Positions 12,900 to 26,564 of a DNA stretch of 64,000 nt are shown here, piece after piece. This DNA comes from Octopus sinensis (lineage: Eukaryota): contig NC_043000.1 in the NCBI RefSeq assembly GCF_006345805.1, positions 93,496,001 to 93,560,000 on the forward strand, in the 5' to 3' direction. Made by a program: the position numbers and the translations under genes. Each line of letters starts with the position of its first letter. Positions within the stretch are counted from its first letter, which is position 1. Below the pieces are notes generated by a model. That model searched no databases, was not told the DNA's origin, and was given only the letters and a program-made list of their open reading frames with translations.

Positions 12900-14017
12900 G
12901 TATCTGGGAAGATCTGCAAAGTGAAACATTCCAACAAATATAAATGCAAACATTACGAATGAAGAACAGAAAAGTTGGAATGCCTACAGAAAAATTCTTG
13001 TATAGTCATTAAAGAAGCTGACAAAGTAGGAGCCATAGTAATAAGGGTCAAGATCCAGTACACAGAAACGGTCTTAGAGCAACTAAATGATCATTTCTAT
13101 AAAAACAAAATATGAGACTAATATAGATAAACAAACAATGAATAAAACTGATAAATTAACGGACAAATTTTTAAAAATTACAACGGAAAGCGAGTTGGAT
13201 TACTTCACTAATTTTGATGTTGAAACAAGTAACTTTATGGACTTTCTAAAATTCACAAATCTAAAGAAATCAGTAATAGCTTAAAGGATCTCCACACACT
13301 ATATGTGAGAATTTTCAAACCATCTGATCTAAAATTACGCCCGATTGTTGCAGGGCCAACACCTAGTAGCCAACGATTAAGCAGTCTGCTTGACGTAATT
13401 TTGAAATCTTTGTGCTGATAAGTCCCTAGTTTCATCAGAGGTGACATAGACTTCCTAAACCATGTTCCAGAAAGTGTAGATAAAGAGACAAACCTAGTTA
13501 GTTTCTACGTAACCATTCTCTATACAAATATTCACCATGGATTAAAATTAGAAGCAGTCAAATTCTGGATCGACAAATATTCACAAAGAATTCAGGAGAT
13601 ATTCCGAAAAGAGCTATATACATTTGAAGGGTTACGATTGGTTCTAGAAAATAAGTGCTTCTTTCGATAAGGAATAATACTTGTAAATACAAGGTACTGC
13701 AATGGGGACGAAAGTCACACCGATCGTTGCGATACTAGTAATAGGTTTCTGGAGAGAAAAAAATTATCTTATGTACTACATCACATGTCCACAATGCAGG
13801 AGAATTAAACTGGAGAAACAGGAACAAAACTAATCATCGGAGTGAGTGTGTGCAAACAACAGATTAAAGATTCGACCATCTAAATAGATGTACAAATGGA
13901 AAATTCAAAATATTTCCTTTTTACAGAATAAAAGACAAATATGATAAACAACGAAAGGCAAAAGAGGAACACTTTGTAAAAATTCTAAATCCGAAACTAA
14001 ACCAGCATCATTGCTAA
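12900..14017 (+). pseudogene. Decayed Penelope-like retroelement ORF (RT + GIY-YIG endonuclease)
   Basis: Hand translation across stops and shifts: IVIKEADKVGAIVI (13002), LRPIVAGP (13335), SFIRGDIDFLNH, QGTAMGTK (13690), YYITCPQC..GETGTK, KAKEEHFVKILNPKLN; the catalytic YxDD region appears deleted. Confidence 0.9.
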
Positions 14018-14050
14018 AAACAGATTCTCCTATACGATTAGTGCAGAACA

Positions 14051-14091
14051 TGTGTGTTTGAAGAGTTGAACAACGAAAGCGTTCACGCACA
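14051..14091 (+). ncRNA. Minimal type I hammerhead ribozyme at the Penelope 3' end (C3U variant)
   Basis: 7-bp stem I UGUGUGU/ACGCACA; core UUGAAGA; stem II GUUG-AA-CAAC; GAAA; self-complementary AGCGUU; UUC^. Confidence 0.75.
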
Positions 14092-14305
14092 AAATGGATT
14101 AATTACAGAAACTTCTTTCCTAAAGGTCTGTGAGATTCGGATTTTTAATTTTATAATTAAAAACTAGTTAATATCATTTAAAGAAAACCTTTTTTTAAAA
14201 ATATTCTGATTGTATCAAGTAAATTTTTTAAAAACTTTCATATACATACATACATATAGATAGATGTGTACATACATTAATATATTTATACATACTGCAT
14301 GCAGA

Positions 14306-14341
<36 letters not shown>

Positions 14342-14360
14342 GTATGTATGTATGTATAAG

Positions 14361-14414
<54 letters not shown>

Positions 14415-15049
14415 TATCTGTATGTATGTATACGTATATATACTCACTCACAGAGAACATAACGCTCGCACATACATGCATCCTATATGCATACATACAT
14501 ACAGACATACATATCTACATATATACAGGCGTACATATCTGTAGGCACAGACACACGTACAGACTGACGAGGGGAAAGCAAAGAGTGGCAAAAAAAAGGA
14601 AATTAAAAAAAAAGAAAGGAAGAAAATTAAGATTATAACAAAGTGAAACCATAAAAAAAAACAAACAAACAAATAACTAATAAATAAAAGGCAAACGCAT
14701 TAAAAAAAAAACGTAACCCAAAATAAATGAAACATTGTAAAATGAATGAAATGGAAGGAAGTACTTCCATGTGGTTTGTGTCAGGGAAAAGAAAAACAGT
14801 GGTTTAAGGAGTATTATTTCAACAAACATTCACACCCTTCATACACACCGAGCTATAGACACACACACACACACACATGCAGGACACATGTGCACATTCA
14901 TACACACAATTGAGCTTGTGTGTGTGTGTGTACCTGCTGTTACAGTAAAGAAATAGACACACTGATAAATCAAAATAAAGGATAACGACAACAACAAAAA
15001 TAACAATAATAACAATAATAATAATAATAACAATTCTTGGTTGCCACCA

Positions 15050-15099
15050 CGACATCTCGTACGTATATAATATATATATATTCTGTATATATATATCTT

Positions 15100-15131
<32 letters not shown>

Positions 15132-15359
15132 CAGATATACATATATTATATATCTGTATATACATATATATATATCATATATATATCTATATATATATAT
15201 ATATATATTATAGATATACATATATTATATGTATATAATATAATTAACATGTATGTATACATATCAGCATATCCAGATATATGTATATATATTTTTATAT
15301 ATATATATATATTATATATCTATATATAATAATTTATATATTCTATATATATATATATT

Positions 15360-15415
<56 letters not shown>

Positions 15416-15500
15416 GATATAATATATATATATATATATATATTTATATTATATATATTTATATATATATATATATATCTATTTTATATATATATATATT

Positions 15501-15593
<93 letters not shown>

Positions 15594-15837
15594 TATATAT
15601 ATATTTATATATAATAATATATCTATATATTTATATAATTATTTATATATATATATATATATATATTATATATTTATATATATATTTGATATATATATAT
15701 ATATATTTATATATATATTTTATATATATCTATATCTATATATACAAAATTAGAGAATGGAGATATACTTAATCAGTAAATTTATCAGTAATATTATCCC
15801 ATGGTGGTTGAATTTTCAACCCCTATCTCATTTATAA

Positions 15838-15870
<33 letters not shown>

Positions 15871-15990
15871 TATATATATAATAATATATATATAATATAT
15901 ATTAATATATATACAACTATGTCTACTACATCTATATACTAGATATTATATACATACATACATACATATACATATATGTATTTATGTACA
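15050..15990. repeat. Long interrupted (TA)n microsatellite
   Basis: Direct reading; similar tracts at ~17110-17310, 17880-18045, 18630-18925 and 49335-49660. Confidence 0.95.
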
Positions 15991-16401
15991 CACATGAATG
16001 CTTACACGTACCCGGTGAGTGGGGAGAGAGAAAGAGAGAGAGAGAGATAGAGAGATAGAGAGAGGGAGGGAGGGAGAGACTGTAGGGTGCGACATACTAC
16101 AACTGTAAAGATTATAAAAATCCTAATCGACATATCTCCAACTCAAAGACAACAAAGTTTTATTCAGTAAAATAAATGAATAAATAGATAAATAAAAAAA
16201 GAAAAAATAAGGAAATAAGATGGCGGTAGGAAAGAGGAGAAGGCACAAGAAGGAAAAGGGGAAAAGAATCGGAAGAATACACACACACACACATACGCAC
16301 ATATACTCACACATACACACACATACACACACACACGCACATGCATACACATCCATACACATCCGTATGTAAAGATACACAACCCATCACAATACAATAT
16401 G

Positions 16402-16445
<44 letters not shown>

Positions 16446-16446
16446 C

Positions 16447-16490
<44 letters not shown>

Positions 16491-16495
16491 TATAT

Positions 16496-16539
<44 letters not shown>

Positions 16540-16985
16540 GTATATAATATATCTATATATATACATATGTATATTCTATATCTATATATATATATATATA
16601 TAGATATAGATAGATAGATAGCGAACAGAGAGAGAGCGCGTGTGTATGTGAGGGAGAGGGGAGGAGAACACACACATACACACATGCCCCCTCCCAGCAT
16701 CCACACACACACCACACATACACACTCTGATACTTAACTAGATATACATACAGTATGTCTCGCAGAATTGCGGGGGTCGGGTACGAGGTTCGGGTTCGGG
16801 GTGGGACGTGGGGGCGGGGTGGGGATGGCGATCGTAGTGTTGTGGATGGACGGCTACTTAAATCTGTGACAAGTTTTAAAACACACATATACATGCTAAA
16901 GTATTTTCTTGCTTTGCTCCAGTTTTTCGTTAAATACATATGTAAATGTGTGCCCGCGTGCATGTCTGTGTATATGTGTGAGTGA

Positions 16986-17020
<35 letters not shown>

Positions 17021-17131
17021 CGATTTAGCGCGGTGGGTACTGAGAGCCTTGCTACGTATGTCTGTGTATGCGTTATAACTGTTTACCTACATTCATACTC
17101 ACAGATACATAGATACATATATATATATATT

Positions 17132-17183
<52 letters not shown>

Positions 17184-17283
17184 AATATATTATATATATA
17201 TATATATATTTATATATAATATATTATATATATATACATATATATATATATTTATTATATATTATTATTTATATATAAATATA

Positions 17284-17317
<34 letters not shown>

Positions 17318-17617
17318 GTGGCTCAGTGGTTAGAGCGTCGAGCTTACGATCGTGAGGTTGTGATTCGATTCCCGGATCAGGCAATGTGGTGTGTGTTCTT
17401 GAGCAAGACCACTTTATTTCATGTTGCTCCAGTTTAACTCGGCTTAGAAATGAGTGCGACATCACTGGTGCCAAGCTGTATCGGCCTTTGCCTCTTCCCT
17501 TGATAACATCAGTGGTGTGGGATGGGATGCTGTCTAGCCTTCCACAAACAATCTTGCCTGGAAAGGGTAACTTTCTAGGTGCAATCTCATGGTCATTCAT
17601 GACCGAAAGGGGTCTCC
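17318..17617 (+). mobile_element. tRNA-derived SINE (family 4)
   Basis: GTGGCTCAGTGGTTAGAGC..GATTCGATTCCCGG..TTCTTGAGCAAGAC; related copy at ~37730-37890. Confidence 0.8.
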
Positions 17618-17952
17618 TCCTCCCCTTCATATATAATTATATATATATATATATATATATAAATATATATATATATAGTAGGTGAATGAATTATACTAGT
17701 ATTGATAATTTTGTTAAAATCTTCGTTCGACTCCATTCTTTCATTTATTAATTATATATATATATTATATATATATATATTATATATATTTAACACACGA
17801 ACACGCACAGACTCGCACACGCACTCACACACGCACGTACACATAGATGTACATCATAGTTCATTTATCCGTGGCTAACTTGTGTATATATATATATACA
17901 TGCATATATATATATGTATATATATATATATATCTATATATAGATATATATG

Positions 17953-17983
<31 letters not shown>

Positions 17984-18002
17984 AATTGTATATATATATT
18001 AT

Positions 18003-18047
<45 letters not shown>

Positions 18048-18626
18048 GCACAAGATAGTTCTTGTATTGCTAGAACATAGCCTTTTCGTTTTCTAAGAAT
18101 GCTGGTACTGTTTTGTGCCCTTATTTAATATTTTCCTTAAGGTTTTAATTGCTAATGGGCCACCTATATTATATTTTAGCATCTTTGATATATTATTTTA
18201 TATTATTTTATATGTGTGTGTGTGTATTATATAACGGTATGCTTGCGTAGGTGTGTTGTACAAACAAGAACGCTAAACGTAGTAGAATGCATCAATTTTT
18301 ATTTAATGCAAGAAAAGCAACAAAACGCGTTGGAGCGCATAGCGGGAGACGTAACTAACTACACATATTAAGAGCGACAATTATGCTTTTATGTTTTTAA
18401 CTGGTTTCAGTAATTAGACTGCAGGTCCAATGCTGGGCAAACCGACTTCAAGAGGTTTAGGATTTTATTCGGTTTAAGACATGGCAATGTGGATAAGAAG
18501 CTTACTTTGCAACGATATTGTCTTGTGTTTCGGTCCCACTATGTGGCACATCGGGCAAGCGTCTTTTGGGCCGACTAAAGCTCTTTGAGCAAATTTGGTA
18601 AAAACAGAAACAGATTGGAAGGCCGT

Positions 18627-18674
<48 letters not shown>

Positions 18675-18787
18675 TTATATATATGTATATATGTATATAT
18701 ATATATATATATATATTATAATATATATGTATATATTTATATATATATCTATATATATATATATATATTTATATATATGTATATATG

Positions 18788-18821
<34 letters not shown>

Positions 18822-18881
18822 TATATTATGTCGATGTATAATATAGATATATATATATATATTTATATATATGTATATAGG

Positions 18882-18924
<43 letters not shown>

Positions 18925-18928
<4 letters not shown>

Positions 18929-19136
18929 ATCCAAACAGGAAAACAAAGAGAAAGCACAACTACGCGTGGACGTGGAACAAGTATAGAGTTATTAGACGCT
19001 CAGGAAAGGAAAGAAGAAAGGAAGGAGGATTTAACGTTTCGAGCGGAGCTCTTCGTCAGAAACATAGGAAGAGGAAAGATCCAAGGAAGAGAAGACGGAG
19101 GAAAAAAAATCGCCAACGATACACACGCGGTCACAT
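18925..19136 (-). mobile_element. ~200-bp hammerhead-bearing mini-element, family A copy 1
   Basis: Same termini (ATGTGACC...TTTGGATTAAC-(TA)n) as the copies at 26565 and 49131. Confidence 0.85.
19029..19063 (-). ncRNA. Minimal hammerhead ribozyme (family A copy 1)
   Basis: GUUU-CUGACGA-A-GAGC UCC GCUC-GAAA-CGUU^AAAU. Confidence 0.7.
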
Positions 19137-19748
19137 ATTGAATGACCGGAAGGGAATGGGTGAAGGAAAGTTTACACACACACACACATATACTGTGTTG
19201 CTTTTTTTTCACATTGGAGCTCTTAACTTGATTCGAATCCTGCGGATCTGAAACACTGTTCACCTAATGACCAACCTGAAACATGTGTAGGCACTTTTTA
19301 TGCTTTTTCCGTTAATTTATGTTCCTTTTAATTTAATTTGCATAAATTATTTGCTATGTTTTTATCGTATACAAATAGAATAATATCCAATATATTATTA
19401 TTTTTTTCTATTTTCTTATATAAACAAAAGCGACCAATAGAATAAGTACTAGGCTTACAAAGAATAGGTCCTGGGGTCGATTTGTTCGACTAAAGGCGGT
19501 GCTCCAACATGGCCGCAGTCAAGTCGAATGAAGAAATTTAGCCTTGAAGAATGATTCAGTCGAATGAATCGCCCTCGTCCCTTTTTTTAAGCCTAGTACT
19601 TATTCTATCGATCTCTTTTGCCAAACCGCTAATTTACAGAGACGTAAACACACTAACACCGGTTGTCAAGCAGTGATGTGGTGGTGGTGTGGTGGTGGTG
19701 GAGGTGGTGGTGGAGCAAAGACAAAGATACACACACACATACATACAT

Positions 19749-19787
<39 letters not shown>

Positions 19788-20010
19788 CGCAGGTGTACTG
19801 AACTCAGAACTACATGGTTGGGAAGTAGGCTGTATTAGTACGAAAGGTAACCGTCATCCTTAAAAGAGGTTCTCTTAGAATACTGAATACAGAATACTCT
19901 TATTTACTTTGAGATGATGTTAGAAATTATCTCATGAAGCGTTTGCGCTCTGATATAACTTGACCGTTAAGTTGAAGATCAAACATATTCATTTGTTCAT
20001 CCATTTCTTT

Positions 20011-20398
20011 ATTACCTCTTCCTTAGCGAAGGCAGAGGTATTGTTTTCAGTCGTGTTTGTTTATTTGTTGTTTGTCCATGGACAAGATATTTCAAGAACC
20101 GCTGGTTGGGTTTGAATGAAACTTTCAGGGATGTTTGGCCTCGTGACTGGCATGAACGGATTAGATTTTGGGATCAATCCGGTACCGGACAAGAATTCTA
20201 ATTATTATTTTTCCGTTTTTTTCCTTTTTTTTTTACTTAATTTTTGAAAGCGGTCGGGTTAACTTTTTAGCATTCTCGTTTGTGAGAACAATCGAGTTTA
20301 TTTCAGATATTCTCATTTTAAAAATCATCTCTGGCTAATCGTTGAGAGGAAGTTGATGTTGCCTTGGCGGAAGTTTGCGCTCTCTGAGTGCTCTTGTT
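20011..20398 (+). mobile_element. Helentron-associated interspersed element (HINE/DINE-1-like)
   Basis: 5' ATTACCTC..AAGGCAGAGGTATTGTTTTC; 3' CCTTGGCGGAAGTTTGCGCTCTCTGAGTGCTCTTGTT. Confidence 0.7.
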
Positions 20399-20599
20399 TA
20401 TTTTGCTATCAGACGACGTACAAATGTCCTACATTCACATGTATCCGCTTTTAAGATGGTAAGGTGTTGTATAAAGGACGTCTTTCTTGTTTGGTTCGGT
20501 TCGGTTTGCTTACTCTTTCGCACACTCTTGCAGGTCTCCAGCGAGCTCATAACATAGCATGACGTTGTTATTGTCCGTTAACTAACGATTTGTTAACCT

Positions 20600-20932
20600 A
20601 TTCGGTCTCGCGATCACCCGGTGGTGGGTTCGATACTCGGCGGCGCACTTGTGTCCTTAAGCAAGGTACTTTATTTCAGGTTGCTCAAGTCCTCTCAGCT
20701 GGCAAACTGAGCAAAATGAACAAAATGAGTAATACTTGTAATTCAAAGGGCTAGCCCTGTAACATTCAGTGTCTCGCTGAATCTCCCTGAAAACTACGTT
20801 GAGGGTACGCATGTCTATGGAGTACTCAGCCACTTGCATGTTAATTTCACAAGCAGACTGTTCCATTGATCGGATCATCTAGAATACTCGTCGTCGTAAC
20901 CGACAGAATGCAAGTTACTTTGTCGGCAAATT
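20600..20932 (+). mobile_element. tRNA-derived SINE (degraded)
   Basis: B box GGGTTCGATACTC; body CTTGTGTCCTTAAGCAAGGTACTTTATTTC. Confidence 0.6.
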
Positions 20933-22174
20933 AGACCAGTTCAAGACGCTCTAAACTAGTGGTTCTTAACAGATATGACAGTATCCTCGTCGGGTGCTTT
21001 AGCTTACAAGGGGGCTGCAAATATCTAACGAAGTGTGTACAACGAGAAGGCGTTGGATGTTAAACATCTGATTTTTTGAACCACTTATATTTTATATACA
21101 TCAAACGAAGCAGAGATCTTTTCGGGGGCTAAGATATGAATCGAAAGGATCATGTTATGATATACCAGTGAGGGAAAACATCGATGAAGGTGCCCGAAGA
21201 TCCAATATAATATCGTTATGTAAGTACCCGTTTTCTTTATTAGTTTCCATAAAAATTTAACATAGCTGTCTAGTTATCTTCTATGTGCTTCTGTCATTAA
21301 ACTGTGGCCATGCTGGAGTACCGCCTTGAAGAATTTTAGTCGAACAAATCGAGCCTAGTCCTTTTTTTTTCTTAAAGGCTGGTACTTATTCTATCGGTTC
21401 TCATTTGTCGAATCGTTAAGCTAGAGGGACGTAGAAATACTAATACCGGTTGTCAAGCAGTGGTGGGGGACAAACACACACACATTTACACACACATACA
21501 CACGCACACAATGAAGGGTTTCTTTCAGTTTTCGTCCATTAAATCCACCCACAAGGTTTTGGTTGACTCGACACTATAGCAAAAGACATTTGCCCAAGGT
21601 GCCACAAAGTGGGACAGAACAATTTCTGAAAAAAAGAAAAAGGCAAAAGGCGGGGGGGGGGGGCAGGCTCATGCTGAATGGGGTACTATAAGAAAATTTG
21701 GTTAATAAATCGCTGCACATAATTCGCTCCCAATTAAAATAATCTGGTGTTTATATATATATATATATATATATAATCTTTAAACAAGGGAAGGAGAGTT
21801 TGTAATACGCCGTTCTACGCACGGAGGCAGTGAACTATAAGAAGGCTGAGAACCACTTAAGCTGAATCTAAATTAAGTGCTAAATGACGTAAGCAAATAA
21901 TTCTTAATGAATTAAAATCTCTTTCTTGAGTTATATTCAGGAGATTTCAATTCATAAAAAATGTTGTGTACGTCATTCACTATATCCTTGATTTGTGTCC
22001 CTCAACTTTTTAAGGATTCGTAAGGGTGCTTTGTGTTACATACGCCAACGCTCCTCAAACTTTATTTATACACCACGGACTGGTATTATATAAGATAAGT
22101 TTTCCAGGGACAGCGGGGATGACGTGCGTAACAAAGTATAACTAAGTGCATGATTTATTATTTTATTAATAGAT

Positions 22175-22990
22175 AAATAATCTTGGCGACGATCTGGCTG
22201 AATTGTTACCGTGCCGGGTAAAATGTTTAGTGGTCTTTATGTTCTGAGCTCAAATTCCGCTGAGGTCAGCTTCGCCTTTCATCTTTTCGGATTCGATAAT
22301 ATAAGCCCTAGGATCGATGTAATCGAGTAGCCCACTCCTGCCAAAATTTCAGGTTTTGTGCCTGCAGCAGAAATGCGATATATTACATACATAATCAAGG
22401 CCGCAAGCTGGCAGAATCGTTACCGTGCAGGGTAAAATGCTTAGCGGCATTTCTTCTGGCTTTACGTTCTGAGTTCAAATTCCACCGAGGTCGACTTTGC
22501 TTTGCAATACATCCTTTCGAGATCGATAAAAGAAGTATCAGTTAAGCATGTAATTAATCGATTAGCTCCCCACCTTCAAATTTTCAGACATTCTGCCTAT
22601 AGTAGAAAGGATTATTATTAATGTTGTATAAGGCCAGCAGAATCATTACCGCGCCGGACAATATACTTAGTAACATTTCGTACGTCTTTACATTCCGATG
22701 CCGATGGGATCGACTAGTCTCGTCCCCAAAATTTCAGGCCTTGTGCCTATAGTAGAAAGGAGCATTATTATTGTTGTGTAAGGCGGCCTTATACAATCTT
22801 GCCGGACAATATGTTTGGTAGCATTTCACATGTCTTTACATTCTGAGTTGAAATGCCGTTTGGGGTCGACTTCACCTTTTACCCTTTTAAAGTCGATAGA
22901 ACCAGTATCAGCCAAGCACCGGGGGTTGATCTAATCAACTTACCCACTTCCTCAAAATTTCAGGCATTGTGTCCATAGTTGAAAGAATCA
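22175..22990 (+). repeat. Head-to-tail array of four degraded SINE family 2 copies
   Basis: Heads at ~22180, 22400, 22630 and 22780; each ends ..AAATTTCAGG..GTGCCT..AGTAGAAAG(G)ATTATT. Confidence 0.75.
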
Positions 22991-23030
22991 TTGTTACTAT
23001 TGTTGTTACTTTTATTTTTATTTATTTATG

Positions 23031-23320
23031 CCTAGCCAGGCTCATGGCTCCGGTTTCCCGGTTTCTGTGGCGTATGTGTTCCCCCCAGCTGGACGGGACG
23101 CCAGTCCATCGCACCGTTACTCAAGAAACAGGAAGAGAGAGTGAGAGAAAGTTGGGGCGAAAGAGTACAACAGGAGTCGCCAACACCCTCTGCCGGAGAC
23201 TCATGGAGCTTTTAGGTGTTTTCGCTCAGTAAACACACACAACGCTCGGACTGGGAATCGAAACCGCGATCCTCTGACCGCAAGTCCGATGCCCTAATCA
23301 CTGGGCCATTGCGCCTCCAC
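23031..23320 (-). mobile_element. SINE family 3
   Basis: Head GTGGAGGCGCAATGGCCCAGTG..GGTTTCGATTCCCAG; central GCGATGGACTGGCGTCCCGTCCAG; related copies at 38237-38528 (+) and 47824-48068 (-). Confidence 0.85.
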
Positions 23321-24134
23321 ATGTTACTTTTATACTTCTTGTTTTATATATTGCAGGGCCAAGTGTAAACTATGAGCACGAAGCGCTATAGGGAAGATGT
23401 CATTTGACTGAGAACACTCTCCGTAGAATATGGGTTGTTCCAAGTAGCGTAATCTTCTGGACTGCATAAATATTGATACTTCCTAGGATATAACTAGTGA
23501 ACTTTTCCTTCTCTTTTTTCACGAGCCCTAGAGTTCCAATAACTGCTTGTATTGTTTCGGTCTTCATATTCTAAATCCTGTTGAGATCGATTCCCAGGTT
23601 TTGGAGGAGACAGGGAATTTATTTGTCACCTGATTAACGCTACAAAGGAGGGTATTTGTATATGGAGAAATCGGTAGCTTGAAATGTGCGACCGGCACCA
23701 CTCAGGAACCATGGCGAAGATACTAAGGTACTTAACTCTAACGGATTGTTCAATCCTATATAAATGCTACTTGACCTCAGTGCTGGACTCGTACTTTATT
23801 TAGCCACTCAGAAAGAATGAAAGGCAAAGTTGAACTTAGCGAGAATTGAACTCAGTGCATGGAGTTGGTCTTTTATCGGCCGTTCTAATGAGTGTTAATT
23901 TGTCGCCTAGAATTGAGAAAGTAAGCCATTGGAAAACAAAAAAAAGATGAAAAATGAAACGGAGGGAGAATGAACGAATGTACGAATAAGAGAATGAGTG
24001 AGAATATATGAGACAGAGCGAATGAGAGAGAGAGAAAGGAGAGAGAGGGAGGGAGAGAATGTGTGAGAAGAGAAAATGGGATAAAAGTGAAAAAGTGAGA
24101 GTAAAGTGGATAAGGACATGTAAATTCAGCAGTT

Positions 24135-24176
<42 letters not shown>

Positions 24177-24193
24177 AAGCGAGAAAGGTAGAT

Positions 24194-24269
<76 letters not shown>

Positions 24270-25626
24270 GAAGCTATGGAGATAAGAAAGCAGGCAGAGG
24301 TATACAGGAGAAAGAAAGAGACAGCGATATATATATATACTGAGTGAGAGAGAGACAGAGAGAGACGAGAGAGACACAGAGAGACAGATAGACAGGTAAA
24401 TAGATAGAGCAAGCAAGAGAGGGAGAGAAACAACGAGAAAAGAGGTGGGAGTGAGATGATGAAGTTTATTGCTTAAACAAAATCTAGTAAACCAATTCGC
24501 TTTAATGATAAAAGGCAGCGATGAGAGTGAAATGGTGACGAACACTGTTGTGGAAATAGACTTTGCCTTTTACTTTTCCGGGTCGATGACACAACAACCA
24601 TCTGTTGCTGCTGTTGTTCAGTCCCACTTTAGAGCTAATCCTGAAAATCTATGAACAAAGGCGGTCCATCTGGGACCACCGCCTATAAATGAGGTTAAGT
24701 TTTAGCTGGTACATCGATGTGTGAGACCGAGACCGGCGAAAGAGTCAAAGAGGAGCTTGGAGATTCATGAAGGAGCCTTGTGAATATCTGACGGTAGTTC
24801 GAAGGCCAGCCCACATTAATCCCGGCTCTTGGCGTTCTGAGTTCTAATCCCCGCTGAAGTCAACTTTGCTTCTCATCCTTTTGGGGTCATTAAAAAAGTA
24901 CTAGTCAAGTACTAGGGTCGATAGAATTGACTTACCTCTGTGCTTAAAACTACTGGCCTTGTCGTTGGACAAAATGCTTTGCAGTATGTTAGTTACAGTA
25001 GAGGCACGCAGCTTAATGCACAGGGAGCTGCGCTCAAGATCGTAAGATTGTGGTTTCGATTCCTGGGTGGGCGATGCGTGGTATTCTTAAAAAAAAAAAA
25101 ACTAACATCACTTCAACAGACTTCATTTCACCTTATTATTCCATTCCACTCAGCTGACACGACGGGCTTCTTTCAGTTTCCGTCTACCAAATCCACCCAC
25201 AGAGTTTTGACAGGTCTGGAACTATGGCAGAAGAAACTCGCCCAAGGTGCCACGCAGTGAGACTGAACCCGTCTCCGCGTAGCCGTGAAGTAAACTTCTT
25301 ACAACTCAGCCACGGGACTTTTCATTTATTTATTTATTTAAAACTGTAGGGTGTGATTTGAGGGAGATTTGACCAGCAAGCGTACGAGAGGTCCTTCATT
25401 TGGTTATTATTGCTGTTATTATTGTTGATGTTGTTGTTGGTGGTGGCGGTGGTGTTGGTGGTGCTATTGTTATTATTCTCACCATTCCTCTTCGTCTACC
25501 CCGCTCCATCCCGCCCGCCTCTTGACGCGCCTGTGACTATCTAATAGTTGTCACCTAGTTTCACTTCTATCTCATTTTGCCGACGAAGAAGACAATAAAT
25601 AAATAAATAAATAAATAATAATAATG

Positions 25627-25657
<31 letters not shown>

Positions 25658-25684
25658 TGATGATAATAATAATAATAATGTTGG

Positions 25685-25719
<35 letters not shown>

Positions 25720-26137
25720 ACGGTGTCAATGTCCTCCGTTGATCTCTCTCTTCCTCTCTCTGTGTCTTTGTCTGCCTCTATCTTCCTTTCTTTCTCTCTC
25801 TACCCCTTTCTCCCTCTACCTCTTTCTCTCTCTCTCTCTCTCTCTCTCTACCCTCTTCTCTCTTTCTCTCTCCCTTATATACATAGGCAGGTACTCGCAT
25901 ACACTCTCGAGCTCTGTTTATGTCTGCGGTTTGCTCTGCCATTGACAGCAAGGAAAGCGAAGCGATCAAGGATATTATGACATCGTCACGCATTTTCGAA
26001 ATCTATATTCTGCAACACCCAAGATGATGTATGTGTGTGTGTGTGCGTGTGCGCGCGCGCGCGTGTGTGTGTGTGTGTGTTTGTGTGCGCGCGCATGTAA
26101 TACATAGTATAGATGTGTGTGTGTGTGTGTGTGGTGT

Positions 26138-26458
26138 GGGCAGGAGTGGCTGTGTGGTAAGTCGCTTGCTTACCAGCCACATGGTTCCGGGTTCAGTCCT
26201 ACTGCGTGGCACCTTCGGCAAGTGTCTTCTACTAAAGCCTCGGGCCGACTAAAGCATGCATGTGTGTGTATATATTTGTGTGTCCCCAACATCACTTGAC
26301 AACCGATTCTGGTGTGTTTACGTCCGTCCCCCATAACTTAGTGGTTCGGCAAAAGAGACCGATCGAATAAGTACTAGGCTTATAAAGAAGTCCTGGTGTT
26401 GATTTACTCAACTAAAGGCGGTGCTCCAGCATGGCCGCAGTCAAATGACTGAAGAGTA
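26138..26458 (+). mobile_element. SINE family 1, full length
   Basis: GGCAGGAGTGGCTGTGTGGTAAG ... GGCGGTGCTCCAGCATGGCCGCAGTCAAATGACTGAA. Confidence 0.92.
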
Positions 26459-26467
26459 TATAAAAAA

Positions 26468-26500
<33 letters not shown>

Positions 26501-26564
26501 AGTTATAACAAAACGGTATCAATGTCCTCCGTTGATCTCTCTCTCTGTGTCTGTGTCTGCCTCC

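Noticed and set aside
18290-18350. AAACGCGTT palindrome resembling a dimer-HHR stem III
   Set aside because: No CUGANGA core or stem II upstream; at most a highly decayed relic.
21165-21210. TCGATGAAGGTGCCCGAAGATC HHR-like string
   Set aside because: Two core changes, incomplete GAAA and no stem I.
24655-24780. GC hairpin GGCGGTCC..GGACCACCGCC plus TATAAAT as an HDV/twister ribozyme or promoter
   Set aside because: The conserved ribozyme motifs are not found, and a lone TATA is uninformative.
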